Part shown: one piece after another, positions 48,433 through 59,069 of the stretch
How positions within the stretch are numbered: position 1 is the stretch's first letter
Layout of the letters: each line of letters starts with the position of its first letter
DNA from: an uncultured delta proteobacterium
GTDB lineage: Bacteria > Desulfobacterota > Syntrophia > Syntrophales > UBA2185
Assembly: GCA_963729715.1 (NCBI GenBank)
Contig: CAVSPA010000004.1
Coordinates: forward strand, 512,001 to 576,000
Length of the DNA: 64,000 bases
Direction of reading: 5' to 3'
Translations under genes and position numbers: made by a program
The notes under the pieces: generated by a model
Told to the model about the DNA's origin: nothing
The model's database searches: none
Seen by the model: the letters and a program-made list of their open reading frames with translations, nothing else

Positions 48433-49953
48433 TCAGGGCAGATGCTCTGGCCGTAGTAGATCATGGATTGTCTTTACGGGATTGAATGTTTCGATTGGCA
48501 CTTCAACAAAAATGGTGGTCCAGAACGCCATTGAACCGTTCCACAAACCGGGGAGTTCAAGCGCTTTGAGATCCCTGCCCTTTTCGGATTTTCGTGAAAT
48601 GAAGTAGGCCTCTTTATTTACGAACTCACAGAGATCAAATTTGTCAGACCGGTAGTTGCGAACCCCACACACAATATCGACAGGATTAAAATGGGTTGCC
48701 CGTGACCAGATTGACTTCTGTTCCGTCGATCCCGAATCTATCTGTGACTCCTCAATGATCTGAAGAGACTGCGTTCCATCTTCCCCGTTTATCCAGAAAG
48801 GACCTCCACCCGGCTCTCCTTGGTTCTTTACCATACCACACACCCTGATCGGCCGGTTGAGTCTCTTGAAAACAAAAGAGCATTTCTCCGTAAGCGGTAA
48901 ATCCTCGAACCGTGGCGGCATGACAAGGTGAAGACTCTTTTCACAGAATAACCGCAGTTCCCGGATAACTTCTTCGTCCGGCACGGCTTTATCTAACTGC
49001 CGCAGGTATCTGAACATCTCGTTCTGAAGCGAGATGAGATAACCCCCGATAGCCTTCTTGTAAAATACGGTGACCGGTTTCAACCTGTCAGATACTATAT
49101 TGTCAATATTTTTCAGATAGACTATATCTCCCCCGGCGCCATTCAGATTATCGAGAAGGGCGCCGTGCCCGCCCGGCCTGAAAACGAGCTCCCCCTGTTG
49201 ATCACGAAACGGTCGGTTATCTAAATCCACGGCTATGGTATTTGTAGACGATTTCTGCTTGGAGAGTGCGATGTTAAAGGTTACATCATAGTCCTTCTCA
49301 TAATACCTTTTGATCACGGACAGGTAATCCGCGGCATCTTTTTGATGCTCCTCCGAGAGGGTTAAATGGAGCCTGCACATGCGGCAGGCATCTTTCGCAT
49401 AAAGAGCTGCCTCTACCAGGTGCTCTTCGAGGGCGGTGCGGCTGCCGTCAGGATAGGCATGAAATTTCAACAACGCTTTGGGGAGGTTGCCGTAATTCAA
49501 GCCTTTAGATGTCAAGATGTAGGTCAAGATATCGGCATGTCTTCCCTCTTCCAACATCTTTTCAAGGTCTTCGCCATCACGCAGTATTACGTCGCGCAAA
49601 TCCATGTAAAATGCGAACCTTTTTAGTTCCCCGGCGAAGTCATCCCTCTGTCTCGCATCCAAACTTCCTTTCTCGAGATATGGGTACCAGTCCTTGAACA
49701 TGCGGCTGGCAGCCCCGGAAGCGGGTACGAACTTCAGCACCTTTCTACCCATCCCGAGCTCTTCTTCGTACAACGCCGCCATCTTCGTAAGCTCTTCTTC
49801 CGAAAGGCTCACGATGCCGTCATTAACAGTACACGGCCTGTTGAGCTTGACCGGACGAACGCCTCTCTTGAAGAGGTCGATCTGTGCCAGCACTTTGTCG
49901 CGAGTGAGGCCTTCCTTCTCAATCTGTCTTGCGTCCGCTTCTGTAAAAATCAT
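48433..49953 (-). CDS. DUF4301-family protein (nucleotidyltransferase-like)
   Basis: KFVPASGAASRMFK, FRPGGHGAL, GEPGGGPFW, THFNPVD and ELPGLWNG motifs. Confidence 0.9.
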   Translation of the reverse strand: MIFTEADARQIEKEGLTRDKVLAQIDLFKRGVRPVKLNRPCTVNDGIVSLSEEELTKMAALYEEELGMGRKVLKFVPASGAASRMFKDWYPYLEKGSLDARQRDDFAGELKRFAFYMDLRDVILRDGEDLEKMLEEGRHADILTYILTSKGLNYGNLPKALLKFHAYPDGSRTALEEHLVEAALYAKDACRMCRLHLTLSEEHQKDAADYLSVIKRYYEKDYDVTFNIALSKQKSSTNTIAVDLDNRPFRDQQGELVFRPGGHGALLDNLNGAGGDIVYLKNIDNIVSDRLKPVTVFYKKAIGGYLISLQNEMFRYLRQLDKAVPDEEVIRELRLFCEKSLHLVMPPRFEDLPLTEKCSFVFKRLNRPIRVCGMVKNQGEPGGGPFWINGEDGTQSLQIIEESQIDSGSTEQKSIWSRATHFNPVDIVCGVRNYRSDKFDLCEFVNKEAYFISRKSEKGRDLKALELPGLWNGSMAFWTTIFVEVPIETFNPVKTIHDLLRPEHLP

Positions 49954-50114
49954 ATTAATTCGAAATGCGTATTTCCTTCCATCAGTCTTAGCATGAACCG
50001 GAGCCGATAAACTTTTTCCTCAAACAAAAGAGGCGCCCCTTCCCTTTTGCCATCCCGCGTGAGAGCACCTCCGCTAAACTCTGAAAACAGTCACTCATTA
50101 ATGATTCTAAGACG

Positions 50115-50219
50115 CTATTTCTTCTTGATCTTTTTTACCGAGCCTTTACGCAGCCGGTTCCTCTCCCGCAATAACCTGGATATATCTTTCTGTCTTCGCG
50201 TGGGTCTTTCTTTTGTCAT
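50115..50219 (-). CDS. Possible 34-aa highly basic peptide (not in the ORF track)
   Basis: MTKERPTRRQKDISRLLRERNRLRKGSVKKIKKK; begins 17 nt after the FHA gene stop. Confidence 0.4.
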   Translation of the reverse strand: MTKERPTRRQKDISRLLRERNRLRKGSVKKIKKK

Positions 50220-50236
50220 TGTTATCCGCTTTAAGG

Positions 50237-50941
50237 TTATTCCTTCACATAATACTGTAATTTTAACCAGCCTGCTTCGACAATGTCACCATCTTTCAGG
50301 TCGTATTTATGATCGACCTTCTGGCCGTTTACTTTCAGCGTTTTTCCACCCGCAGGCGTGATGAAATACCCTTCCTTCCTTCTATTGACGAGGGCGGCGA
50401 CTTTGGGGGCGAAGAATCCTTTAAGATGAATTCCGGCTCCGTCTTCCTTACCAATAGTCGTAACCCTTTCTTTGAGCAGGTAGTCCCTCTTGTCCGTCGA
50501 TCCTTCAATAACTATGAATCCACCCAGGATCTCGGGCTTCTCCTTGTCCTGAGAGGCCAATATTTTTTTTTGCTCTTCCGCGCCAATTACGACAGTTTCA
50601 TCCATCGAACGCCCCCGGACGGTAAAGCCCTCCTTGGTATTCGTTTCTCTTGCCTTTTCCAGGATGACATCAAGCGTATGAACACCGATTAGGACCACAT
50701 CTCCGTTATGCAATTCGCCTTTAGAAATTTTCTGGCCGTTGATATAGGTGCCGTTCAGGCTACTGGCATCCTCGATGAATAGACAATTCACCTCCTTCTT
50801 TATCCGCGCGTGATAGCCGGACACGGCCTGATTGTCGATGACGATATCATTATCCGTTTTTCTCCCAATAGTCATGACGTCCTGATCAAGCGGTATCTCT
50901 TTTATTACGGCTTCCTTGAATTTGAGCAAAACCTTCGCCAT
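50237..50941 (-). CDS. FHA-domain protein (two FHA domains)
   Basis: IGRKTDNDI..VSGYHA..DASSLNGTYING; second degenerate FHA at the C-terminus. Confidence 0.92.
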   Translation of the reverse strand: MAKVLLKFKEAVIKEIPLDQDVMTIGRKTDNDIVIDNQAVSGYHARIKKEVNCLFIEDASSLNGTYINGQKISKGELHNGDVVLIGVHTLDVILEKARETNTKEGFTVRGRSMDETVVIGAEEQKKILASQDKEKPEILGGFIVIEGSTDKRDYLLKERVTTIGKEDGAGIHLKGFFAPKVAALVNRRKEGYFITPAGGKTLKVNGQKVDHKYDLKDGDIVEAGWLKLQYYVKE

Positions 50942-50944
50942 ATA

Positions 50945-51751
50945 TCACCTCCTGAACCATTCCTCAAAATTTAATAGAAAAGAAATCCAGCTTTTATTCC
51001 TGACATATCCCACAATAACCGTTATGTTGTCCTTGCCGCCCTGTTTATTTGCGAGTTCTACCAGCCTGTCACATACTACCGTTGGATCGTTCATTGATAC
51101 CGCAAGAGCAAGTATATCGTCATCGGAAACCATTGAGGTGAGACCGTCGGTACATAGTACCAGAATATCACCGGTAGACAAAGTCAACTCACTAACATCG
51201 ACTTCAACATCTGAAGCCACACCGAGGGCTCTGGTCAACAAATTTCTCATCTCAGATTTCTGGGCCTCTTCCCTCGTTAGTAACTCATGTTTCACCTGTT
51301 CATAGACTACAGAATGGTCGTCGGTCAGTTGCTCAATATCACCAGCCCTCACCAGATAAACCCTGCTGTCACCTACATGGGCGATGCTCAATTTATTCTT
51401 GCTGATTACAGCGGCCGCCACCGTTGTACCCATACCCTGCCAGCTCACATTGCTCTTTGCCGCCTCGTATATCGCCTGGTTGGCCAGACGGACTGCAGAG
51501 CCGATCGCCTTTGTCGTCTCGGAATAATCTTCGTCAAATTTCCCGACCAATGCGGCCCGACCCTCGTGAAACGCCTTAAAATAATCCCTTATTATATCAA
51601 GAGCCAGCTTGCTCGCAATTTCTCCGGATGCATATCCTCCCATGCCATCGGCAACCACAAAGAGACCCGCTTTGACATCAACGTTAAAGCCGTCTTCGTT
51701 GTTGGGTCTGACAAGGCCTTTATCTGTTCTTCCGCAAGCACTAATTTCCAA
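50945..51751 (-). CDS. PP2C-type Ser/Thr phosphatase (Stp1/PrpC)
   Basis: RPNNED, VADGMGG, GMGTT, HVGDSR, CTDGL and GGKDN motifs. Confidence 0.95.
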   Translation of the reverse strand: MEISACGRTDKGLVRPNNEDGFNVDVKAGLFVVADGMGGYASGEIASKLALDIIRDYFKAFHEGRAALVGKFDEDYSETTKAIGSAVRLANQAIYEAAKSNVSWQGMGTTVAAAVISKNKLSIAHVGDSRVYLVRAGDIEQLTDDHSVVYEQVKHELLTREEAQKSEMRNLLTRALGVASDVEVDVSELTLSTGDILVLCTDGLTSMVSDDDILALAVSMNDPTVVCDRLVELANKQGGKDNITVIVGYVRNKSWISFLLNFEEWFRR

Positions 51752-51772
51752 TGTTATCTCCTGAAGGCAGAT

Positions 51773-54235
51773 TCATAAAGAAAGGGCATTGGCGACTTCC
51801 CTTCCCTGTTGGTATCGCGCCTCTCTGTCTTTAGAGAGCAATCTCTCAATAATGGAAATGAGATTATCCGGTATATCCGGCGCCAGATCCTTAAGCGGCG
51901 TGGGTGTAGCGTTCGTTATATTGAACATGAGGGTAGTAATATTGTCCCCCTGGAACGGCTTCTCACCAGTGAGCAGCTCATAAAACACTACACCGAGTGA
52001 AAAAAGATCCGACCTGCCGTCAACATGGTGGCCTACGATCTGTTCCGGCGACATATAGCTCGGTGTTCCGATAATTGCGCCCGTCTTGGTACTCGAAGAG
52101 GTCATAACCCTGGCAATACCGAAATCAGTAACCTTAACCTCCCCGTTTTTCAAAATCATGATGTTTGCAGGTTTGATATCCCTGTGGACGACGCCACTGC
52201 AATGGGCATAATCAAGGGCCTGGGCAACCGATGAAATAATCTTCGTCACTTCGCCAAGAGGCAACAAATTCTCCTTCTGGCAATATTTTGTGAGGTCGTT
52301 TCCGTCAAGCAGTTCCATCGCCATGTATGCAAGGTCGTAATCCTCGCCGACGTCATAAATAGTAACGATATTAGGATGAGAAAGTTTACCCGCGGCCTCG
52401 GCTTCCCGGAAGAATCTCTTCTTCACTTCCGCAAGCTGCTCATCATCGACCTCTTCATATCGCAATGTCTTAATCGCCACTTCCCTGTTGATTTTGGGGT
52501 CCTGGCCCAGGTACACAACTCCCATCGCTCCCCGGCCCAGTTCCTTTATGACCTCATAGCGTCCGAGAGTAGGCTTGGTCTCTGCGCCATCCATTAGTAA
52601 CGTTGTATCTTTCTTAGCGCCTCCCAGGCCGAATATCATTGTATCCCCTGCCGCTTTAAGCTTCTTTGCTCGCTCCTCGATGTCCTTAAAGCTTCCGGCC
52701 TGCGCAATATGTTCATAGACAGCTACGGCTTTGTTAAACATCCGCTTTCTCTCAAAATCAAGGCCCAAGTTGTACAGCAGCTCTTTAACCGACTTATCCT
52801 CAACAGGACATTTACAGAACTTTTCGAAGGCCAAATCGAGCATGCCCTGTCCCTGGAACGATAGCCCCAGCATCTTATTGGTTTCGTGACTGTCTGCCTC
52901 GATGCGCTCCTTTGCCTCTTCCGTAAAAAAGTAACCCTTAGTAACAACCAAGGTATAGCCGATCAGGATAAGCAGAGACGGATGAACAAGTTTGACCCAG
53001 TATCTGTAATTTATCAGAAGATACATCCCCGCCCCGATCCAGATCAGCAAGATGATCAACGATGCTATGGCGCTGATCCTAATCTTCAGCCTGGGTATAA
53101 CCAATGCCAGGAACAAGCCAAAGAAGACGGTAACCCCTATCTCCAAAGGGAATGCCCAGGCAGGGCGCACTATATAATCACCGGAGAGGATGTTGTCAGC
53201 GACATTGGCGACGATACCCCAGGATGGAACATTAGGTCCAATAGGCGTAACCTCTAAAGCGCCGAGGCCGATTGCGCTCTGGGCAATGATCACAATCTTA
53301 TTCTTGAATGCCTCCGGAGGCGCCTTGTTAGCGGCCACATCATAAAAAGAGAAATAAGGAAAGCTCTTACTGAAGCCGATAAGCATCTCGCCCTTGCCAG
53401 ATGTCGCGATGGTGTTATTTCCAAAATTCACTCCACCAGCGATACTCACATCTCTTACGTCGTAGTTCAAATATTTCAATGATAGCTGCAGTCCGAAGGA
53501 CGGGTATGCTCGCCCTTCGTAATATACAAGCAGAGGTTCACTTCTCACTGTGCCATCGGCATCGGGAACAACATTAATGTGCCCGAGAGCCAACGCTTTC
53601 ATCGCAAAATCAGGAATTGGCGGGACAATCTGTCTTGCAGCGATGCTTCCATCCTGGGACGCTACGGGCACAGAATTCTGTTTGAGATAATCCGGAATTT
53701 CAGATCCTTTGCTGTCGATTGAATTGCCCAAGATGAAAACCAGGGGCAATATGACTTTTGGGGTCTCTCCGATGGCTGCCCCAAGTATTGCATCGTTATC
53801 CAGTTTCTTTTCTGTTTCTTTCAGCGTGGTATAGATATTATTGACCGGCGTGTTCTTAAGCACGCCGGTATCGCTCTCTATATTCTTGAGAATATCGCGC
53901 ACCTCAGTCAGGCCTTGGTTCATATCACTTTCAGAATAGATGATATCTACCCCTATTACTTTTGCTTCACATTTGTTGAGATATTCTATCATGCGTGCAA
54001 TGTAACCGCGCGGCCACGGCCATCTGCCCATGTTGGCGATGCTCTCATCGTCTATCGCCACAATCACAATGGGGGAGTTAGAAGCCTTCTCCTTCAAATT
54101 GGAAACTGCGTCATAGACCTTGTATTCCAAATATTTCGTCGGCATCCATTCAAAATAGAATGCGGCAATCGTCAAGGCCGTAAGAATCGCCCCGATTAGA
54201 ATATCTGAAATAACTGATCCAATTAACTTGTTCAT
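51773..54235 (-). CDS. CHASE2-domain membrane Ser/Thr protein kinase
   Basis: AIDDESI..GRWPWPR (CHASE2), TM helices, then LGRGAMG, VAIK, HRDIKPAN, DFG and GTPSYMSPE. Confidence 0.95.
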   Translation of the reverse strand: MNKLIGSVISDILIGAILTALTIAAFYFEWMPTKYLEYKVYDAVSNLKEKASNSPIVIVAIDDESIANMGRWPWPRGYIARMIEYLNKCEAKVIGVDIIYSESDMNQGLTEVRDILKNIESDTGVLKNTPVNNIYTTLKETEKKLDNDAILGAAIGETPKVILPLVFILGNSIDSKGSEIPDYLKQNSVPVASQDGSIAARQIVPPIPDFAMKALALGHINVVPDADGTVRSEPLLVYYEGRAYPSFGLQLSLKYLNYDVRDVSIAGGVNFGNNTIATSGKGEMLIGFSKSFPYFSFYDVAANKAPPEAFKNKIVIIAQSAIGLGALEVTPIGPNVPSWGIVANVADNILSGDYIVRPAWAFPLEIGVTVFFGLFLALVIPRLKIRISAIASLIILLIWIGAGMYLLINYRYWVKLVHPSLLILIGYTLVVTKGYFFTEEAKERIEADSHETNKMLGLSFQGQGMLDLAFEKFCKCPVEDKSVKELLYNLGLDFERKRMFNKAVAVYEHIAQAGSFKDIEERAKKLKAAGDTMIFGLGGAKKDTTLLMDGAETKPTLGRYEVIKELGRGAMGVVYLGQDPKINREVAIKTLRYEEVDDEQLAEVKKRFFREAEAAGKLSHPNIVTIYDVGEDYDLAYMAMELLDGNDLTKYCQKENLLPLGEVTKIISSVAQALDYAHCSGVVHRDIKPANIMILKNGEVKVTDFGIARVMTSSSTKTGAIIGTPSYMSPEQIVGHHVDGRSDLFSLGVVFYELLTGEKPFQGDNITTLMFNITNATPTPLKDLAPDIPDNLISIIERLLSKDREARYQQGREVANALSL

Positions 54236-54333
54236 ATATTCCTCTCATTATTTTCGTATAAAGACAGGAAAAGGTACGCCCAGCCAGCCGCTCATCTGTA
54301 GTTATTTCCTGGCAACAATGCCTTTAAATTTCG

Positions 54334-55701
54334 GGATCATCTGACTTTGTTGTACAATGAAACAGGCATAAGTACCTGTAAAGCTTTTATAAATGCTCTT
54401 TGAAAATTGACACGTTTTCTAATCTCGGATAGAGTAGTTAAATGAAAACGAAAAATACACTCCGAGACCTGTATAAATTTCCTGGATTCCGTGCCCGTGC
54501 CACACTAAAGCCACACCCGGAAGATACTGAAGGATGCATTGTGACCCTTGAGCGCCGCCAAAAAAAACGGTCTGTTCCGGCTGCGGTACAACGGCATCAA
54601 GCTATCGGGACCGGCGAACGCATAGAGTGCGAGACCTGGATGCCGGAGCAACCCGCATCTATCTTGAATTCGAGTATCGCAGGGTCGCCTGCCCGCATTG
54701 CACAGCCGTGAAGCGCGAGACTCTTTCAATGCTGGCCAAGTCAGCCCGGTTCACTCAGCGGTTCGAGGACCGCATTGGACTGCTCTGTCGCGAGATGAGC
54801 ATCAAGCGTGTTGCGGAGCTTAACAACCTGAGCTGGGATCAGGTGTGTCGCATGGAGAAATGCTACATGCGCCGCCTGCTGGAGCAGCATCCACCTTCTC
54901 AGCAGCTTCGGACCATTGGCATCGATGAAATATCGACCCGTAAGGGCCACACCTATGCCATCGTTGTCGCCGACCTTGACCAGAGACGGCCGATCTGGCT
55001 GGGCGGACAGGGCCGCACCGAACAGGATTTGCAGTTGTTCTTCGACACCATGGGCCTTGAGCGCTGCAAGGCAATCGAACTGGCGGTCATGGATATGTGG
55101 AAGCCATTTCGCAAAGCAACGCTGAGTCATGCTCCCAACGCACAGATTGTCTATGACAAGTTTCACATCATGCGTCATCTGGCAGACGCCCTTGATCAGG
55201 TCAGGCGCAGCGAGTACAAACGTGTCAATGAGAAAGAACGTCGGTTCATCAAGGGGCAGCGCTATACGCTGCTGTCCCATAAATCCAATTTGGATATTGA
55301 AGGCCGGCGGGCCTTGCAAATGCTGTTAAAAGCAAACAAACGGCTTCATAAAGCCTATCTGTTGAAAGAATCGTTCGGGCAGCTCTGGGATTATAACAAC
55401 CCAACATGGGCACGAAAGTTCTTTGAAAGTTGGAAAGACCAGCTGCGCTGGCAGCGGCTCAAACCCTTTGAGAAGTTTGCAGAGCTGATTGAGCGCCACT
55501 GGGACGGGATCATCAGTTACTGCCATCCTGATCACAAGGTTTCACTTGGATTCATGGAAGGCTTGAATAACAAGATCCGTGTCATCCAACGCAGAGCATA
55601 CGGCATTAAGGATCAGGAATACCTGATGCTCAAAGTCATAACTTCCTTTATCAAAGAACCGAAATAGAAATCAATTTATGCACAACAAACCCAGAAGACC
55701 C
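54334..55701 (+). mobile_element. ISL3-family insertion sequence
   Basis: IRs GGATCATCTGACTTTGTTGTAC / GGGTCTTCTGGGTTTGTTGTGC; 8-bp target duplication AAATTTCG at 54326-54333 and 55702-55709. Confidence 0.92.
54442..55667 (+). CDS. ISL3 transposase, split by a -1 frameshift at an A8 run (54560-54567)
   Basis: A -1 shift joins ..TLERRQK to KTVCSGCG..RVRDLD..CPHC (zinc finger); IGIDE, MDMW, DKFH and EGLNNKIR motifs. Confidence 0.9.
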
Positions 55702-55719
55702 AAATTTCGTATACACTAT

Positions 55720-55748
55720 ATCATATTTTTTACCAGCGCATCGGGCAA
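55720..55748 (-). promoter_or_regulatory. Putative sigma70 promoter of the kinase operon, now separated from it by ISL3
   Basis: Minus strand TTGCCC-N17-TATGAT, 10 nt from the right target duplication. Confidence 0.45.
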
Positions 55749-55954
55749 ATTCCGGAAAAAATTTGACATGTGAAAAATCTCTCATTCTTAATATTGCAAA
55801 GCACGAGAAATCCCCTTCCTCTGCTTTGGAACTTATTTCGTGCCTCAGCGAGCAGCGCTTGCATCAGCAATAACCAGCTGCATTATCAGTATCTTGAATC
55901 GGCATATACGCATGCCAAACTGCAGAGCCTCGCTTTAGGGAATGGCAGACTGGC

Positions 55955-58900
55955 TTAAACTTCGCGACGAAAACGGCCCAAATATCTCCGCACCGCTTTC
56001 TGGAATGAATCGAGATAGATATATATGACGGGAGAAATATAGAGGGTCACAATCTGTGAGAAGATGAGGCCTCCGACGACGGCCATTCCCAGTGGTCGCC
56101 GCGATTCGGCGCCCGCGCCCAAGCCGAGGGCAATGGGTAATGTTGCCATGAGGGCCGACATAGTTGTCATCATGATCGGACGGAACCGGATGAGCGCGCC
56201 CTGGAAGATCGCTTCCTCTGGGGTCTTGCCCTCCTTCCTTTCCGCATCCAAGGCAAAGTCAATCATCATGATCGCATTCTTCTTGACAATCCCTATGAGC
56301 ATGATGACCCCTACCAAGGCATACAGATTAAGGTCAATGTGAAAGATCAGCAGTGTCACAAGCGCCCCTAGTCCAGCAGAGGGCAGTCCCGAAAGTATTG
56401 TGATCGGATGGATGTAGCTCTCGTAAAGAATGCCGAGCACGATGTAAATTACCAGGATGGCAACAAGAATCAGAATACCAAGACCTGCCATGGACGACTT
56501 GAAGGCTTGTGCCGTACCCTGCAGGCTGCCTGTTATTGTTGCAGGAAGAACTGCCCTCGAAGTCTTCTCCACGCCAGCCACGGCATCGCCCAATGACTTC
56601 CCGAGGGCAAGATTAAATGATACCGTTACGGCCGGGATCTGTCCAAAATGGTTGACCGTAAGGGGTCCTACGGTGCGCTCCAAGGTCGCCACCGTGCTCA
56701 AGGGAACGAGGTTGCCGGATGATGATCGGACGTAAAGAAGAGAAAGGGCGGAGGGCTCCAGCTGGTACTCTGGCTCAAGCTCGATAATGACCCAGTATTG
56801 GTTTGTCTGTCCATAGATCGTCGATATCTGACGGGATGAGTATGCGCTGTAGAGGGCATCCTCCACCTGACCGGCACTGAGACCGAGGGCTGAGGCCTTA
56901 TCCCTGTCAATCCTTACGTAGATCTGGGGACTCTTTATCTGGAGGTCGCTCGTTACATCCAGGAAGCCAGGCAGCTCTCTGAGCTTCGCCTCCATGACAG
57001 GCGCATGTTTGTAAAGCTCGTTCATGTCCGAGCTCTGAAGGGTATACTGGTATTGGCTCTTTGTTAGGAGTCCACCGACGTTTATTGGTGGCGGGTTTTG
57101 CATAAATACCCTTATTCCCGGAACCGGAGCCAGCTTCGGTCTGAGCTCCTGAATTACCTCATCGGCACTTAGACTACGTTCGCTCCTTGGCTTAAGGCGT
57201 ATGAACATGCGGCCAATGTTGGACGACACCGTGCTTCCCACTGCTCCCACGTTGGACATGAAACCACTGACATTTGGATCTTGCGCGACAATCTCGGCGA
57301 GTTTCCTCTGATGTTGAACAAGGGATTGAAAGGATATCTCCTCCGCCGCCTCTGTAAAGCAAACAATCTGACCAGTGTCCTCGCTAGGAAGGAATCCTTT
57401 CGGAGTTATGAGATAGAGCCCGATAACCCCGATCAGAAAAATAAAGGAGACAATGAGGGTCGTTCGCCTGTAATGCAAGGCCCATTTCAGGCTTATTTCA
57501 TATGCACCGCGCATCCCTTCGAAGAACCGTTCGGAAATCTGGTAGAGATGGCCATGTTTCGCTTCGCCGGGCGGGCGGAGAAAACGGCTGCAGAGCATGG
57601 GCGTCAAGGTTAGTGATACAAACCCGGAAATGAGAACAGCAACAGAGATGGTAACGGCAAACTCATGAAGCAGTCTTCCGACGATGCCGCCCATGAAAAG
57701 AACGGGAATAAAAACAGCAACGAGTGAAAGTGTCATGGAAAGTATAGTAAAGCTAATTTCCCGCGATCCTTTATAAGCCGCCTCCATTACACTTTCACCG
57801 TGCTCCATGTGTCGGACAATATTCTCCAGCATGACAATGGCGTCGTCGACCACAAACCCAACGCACAGTGTGAGGGCCATCAGCGACAGGTTATCGAGGC
57901 TGTAGCCGCAGAGATACATCACTGCAAAGGTCCCTATGATCGACATGGGCAGGGCGAGGCTCGGGATGACCGTGGCGGAGATGTTGCGTAGAAACACAAA
58001 GATCACCAGGATGACGAGAACAAGTGCCAGGATTAAGGTGAACTCAACATCATGGACCGATTCCTTTATGGGAACCGAACGATCATAGAGGATATCGAGT
58101 TTCACCGATGCCGGGAGATCGTGCTGGAAGCTGGGAAGAATATCCTTTATGGACTGCACAACCTCAATGGTATTGGTGCCCGGCTGGCGAAGTATGGCGA
58201 GGACTATGGCACGGTTGCCATTGTACCACGCGGCAATCTTGTCATTCTGGACGCTGTCAATTACATGCCCCAGCTCACCCAGCCTCACCGGTGAGCTCCC
58301 GCGATAGGCCACGATGAGCGGCCTGTAAGCGGCCGCATCGTTGAGCTGCCCCGTGGCCTGCACGGTAAATGCCTGATGCGTTCCCCAAAGAGTGCCTGTA
58401 GGGATGTTCACATTGCCCGATGCGATTGCGCTCGCAACCTCGTCGATACCTATACCCCTTGAAGCGAGGGCCTTCGGATCAAGACGGGCGCGGACGGCAT
58501 ACTTCTGGGACCCATACACCATGACCTCAGCCACGCCGCTGATCATGGAAATGCGCTGAGCAAGGAGGTTCTCCGCATACTCGTCAACTGTCGACAGCGG
58601 CAGAGTTGCCGTGCTCATAGCGAGATAAAGGATTGGCCAGTCTGCCGGGTTCACCTTCCTAAATGTCGGAGGAGTGGGTAGATTTTGGGGGAGCTGGCTC
58701 GCCGCCGTAGCTATGGCGGTTTGAACGTCCTGGGCCGCCGCATCGATGTTACGGCTCAGGTTGAACTGGAGTGTGATCTTGCTGATACCAAGACCATTCG
58801 TCGAGGTCATGGAATCGAGGCCGGCAATGGTGGAAAATTGTTTTTCAAGAGGTGTTGCACAGGTAGAAGCCATCGTTTCCGGGCTCGCGCCCGGCAGGTT

Positions 58901-59047
58901 GACAGTAACAAGGATCGTAGGGAAGTCGACATTGGGAAGATCACTGACCGGAAGGGATCGATAGGCTACAAACCCAAAGAGCAGTATCGCCGTCATGACA
59001 AGGGTTGTCATAATTGGCCGGCGTATAAAGATGTCTGAAAGATTCAT
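55955..59047 (-). CDS. RND efflux permease (MdtB/MdtC-like)
   Basis: FIRRPI, GFVVDDAIVMLENI, GIVKKNAIMMIDFA and RFRPIMMTT motifs. Confidence 0.95.
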   Translation of the reverse strand: MNLSDIFIRRPIMTTLVMTAILLFGFVAYRSLPVSDLPNVDFPTILVTVNLPGASPETMASTCATPLEKQFSTIAGLDSMTSTNGLGISKITLQFNLSRNIDAAAQDVQTAIATAASQLPQNLPTPPTFRKVNPADWPILYLAMSTATLPLSTVDEYAENLLAQRISMISGVAEVMVYGSQKYAVRARLDPKALASRGIGIDEVASAIASGNVNIPTGTLWGTHQAFTVQATGQLNDAAAYRPLIVAYRGSSPVRLGELGHVIDSVQNDKIAAWYNGNRAIVLAILRQPGTNTIEVVQSIKDILPSFQHDLPASVKLDILYDRSVPIKESVHDVEFTLILALVLVILVIFVFLRNISATVIPSLALPMSIIGTFAVMYLCGYSLDNLSLMALTLCVGFVVDDAIVMLENIVRHMEHGESVMEAAYKGSREISFTILSMTLSLVAVFIPVLFMGGIVGRLLHEFAVTISVAVLISGFVSLTLTPMLCSRFLRPPGEAKHGHLYQISERFFEGMRGAYEISLKWALHYRRTTLIVSFIFLIGVIGLYLITPKGFLPSEDTGQIVCFTEAAEEISFQSLVQHQRKLAEIVAQDPNVSGFMSNVGAVGSTVSSNIGRMFIRLKPRSERSLSADEVIQELRPKLAPVPGIRVFMQNPPPINVGGLLTKSQYQYTLQSSDMNELYKHAPVMEAKLRELPGFLDVTSDLQIKSPQIYVRIDRDKASALGLSAGQVEDALYSAYSSRQISTIYGQTNQYWVIIELEPEYQLEPSALSLLYVRSSSGNLVPLSTVATLERTVGPLTVNHFGQIPAVTVSFNLALGKSLGDAVAGVEKTSRAVLPATITGSLQGTAQAFKSSMAGLGILILVAILVIYIVLGILYESYIHPITILSGLPSAGLGALVTLLIFHIDLNLYALVGVIMLIGIVKKNAIMMIDFALDAERKEGKTPEEAIFQGALIRFRPIMMTTMSALMATLPIALGLGAGAESRRPLGMAVVGGLIFSQIVTLYISPVIYIYLDSFQKAVRRYLGRFRREV

Positions 59048-59069
59048 GTGGGCACTTTCCCGTATTTAC

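Noticed and set aside
54394..54410. TGCTCTTTGAAAA as the ISL3 left end
   Set aside because: The end at 54334 matches the right IR better and is flanked by the exact 8-bp TSD.
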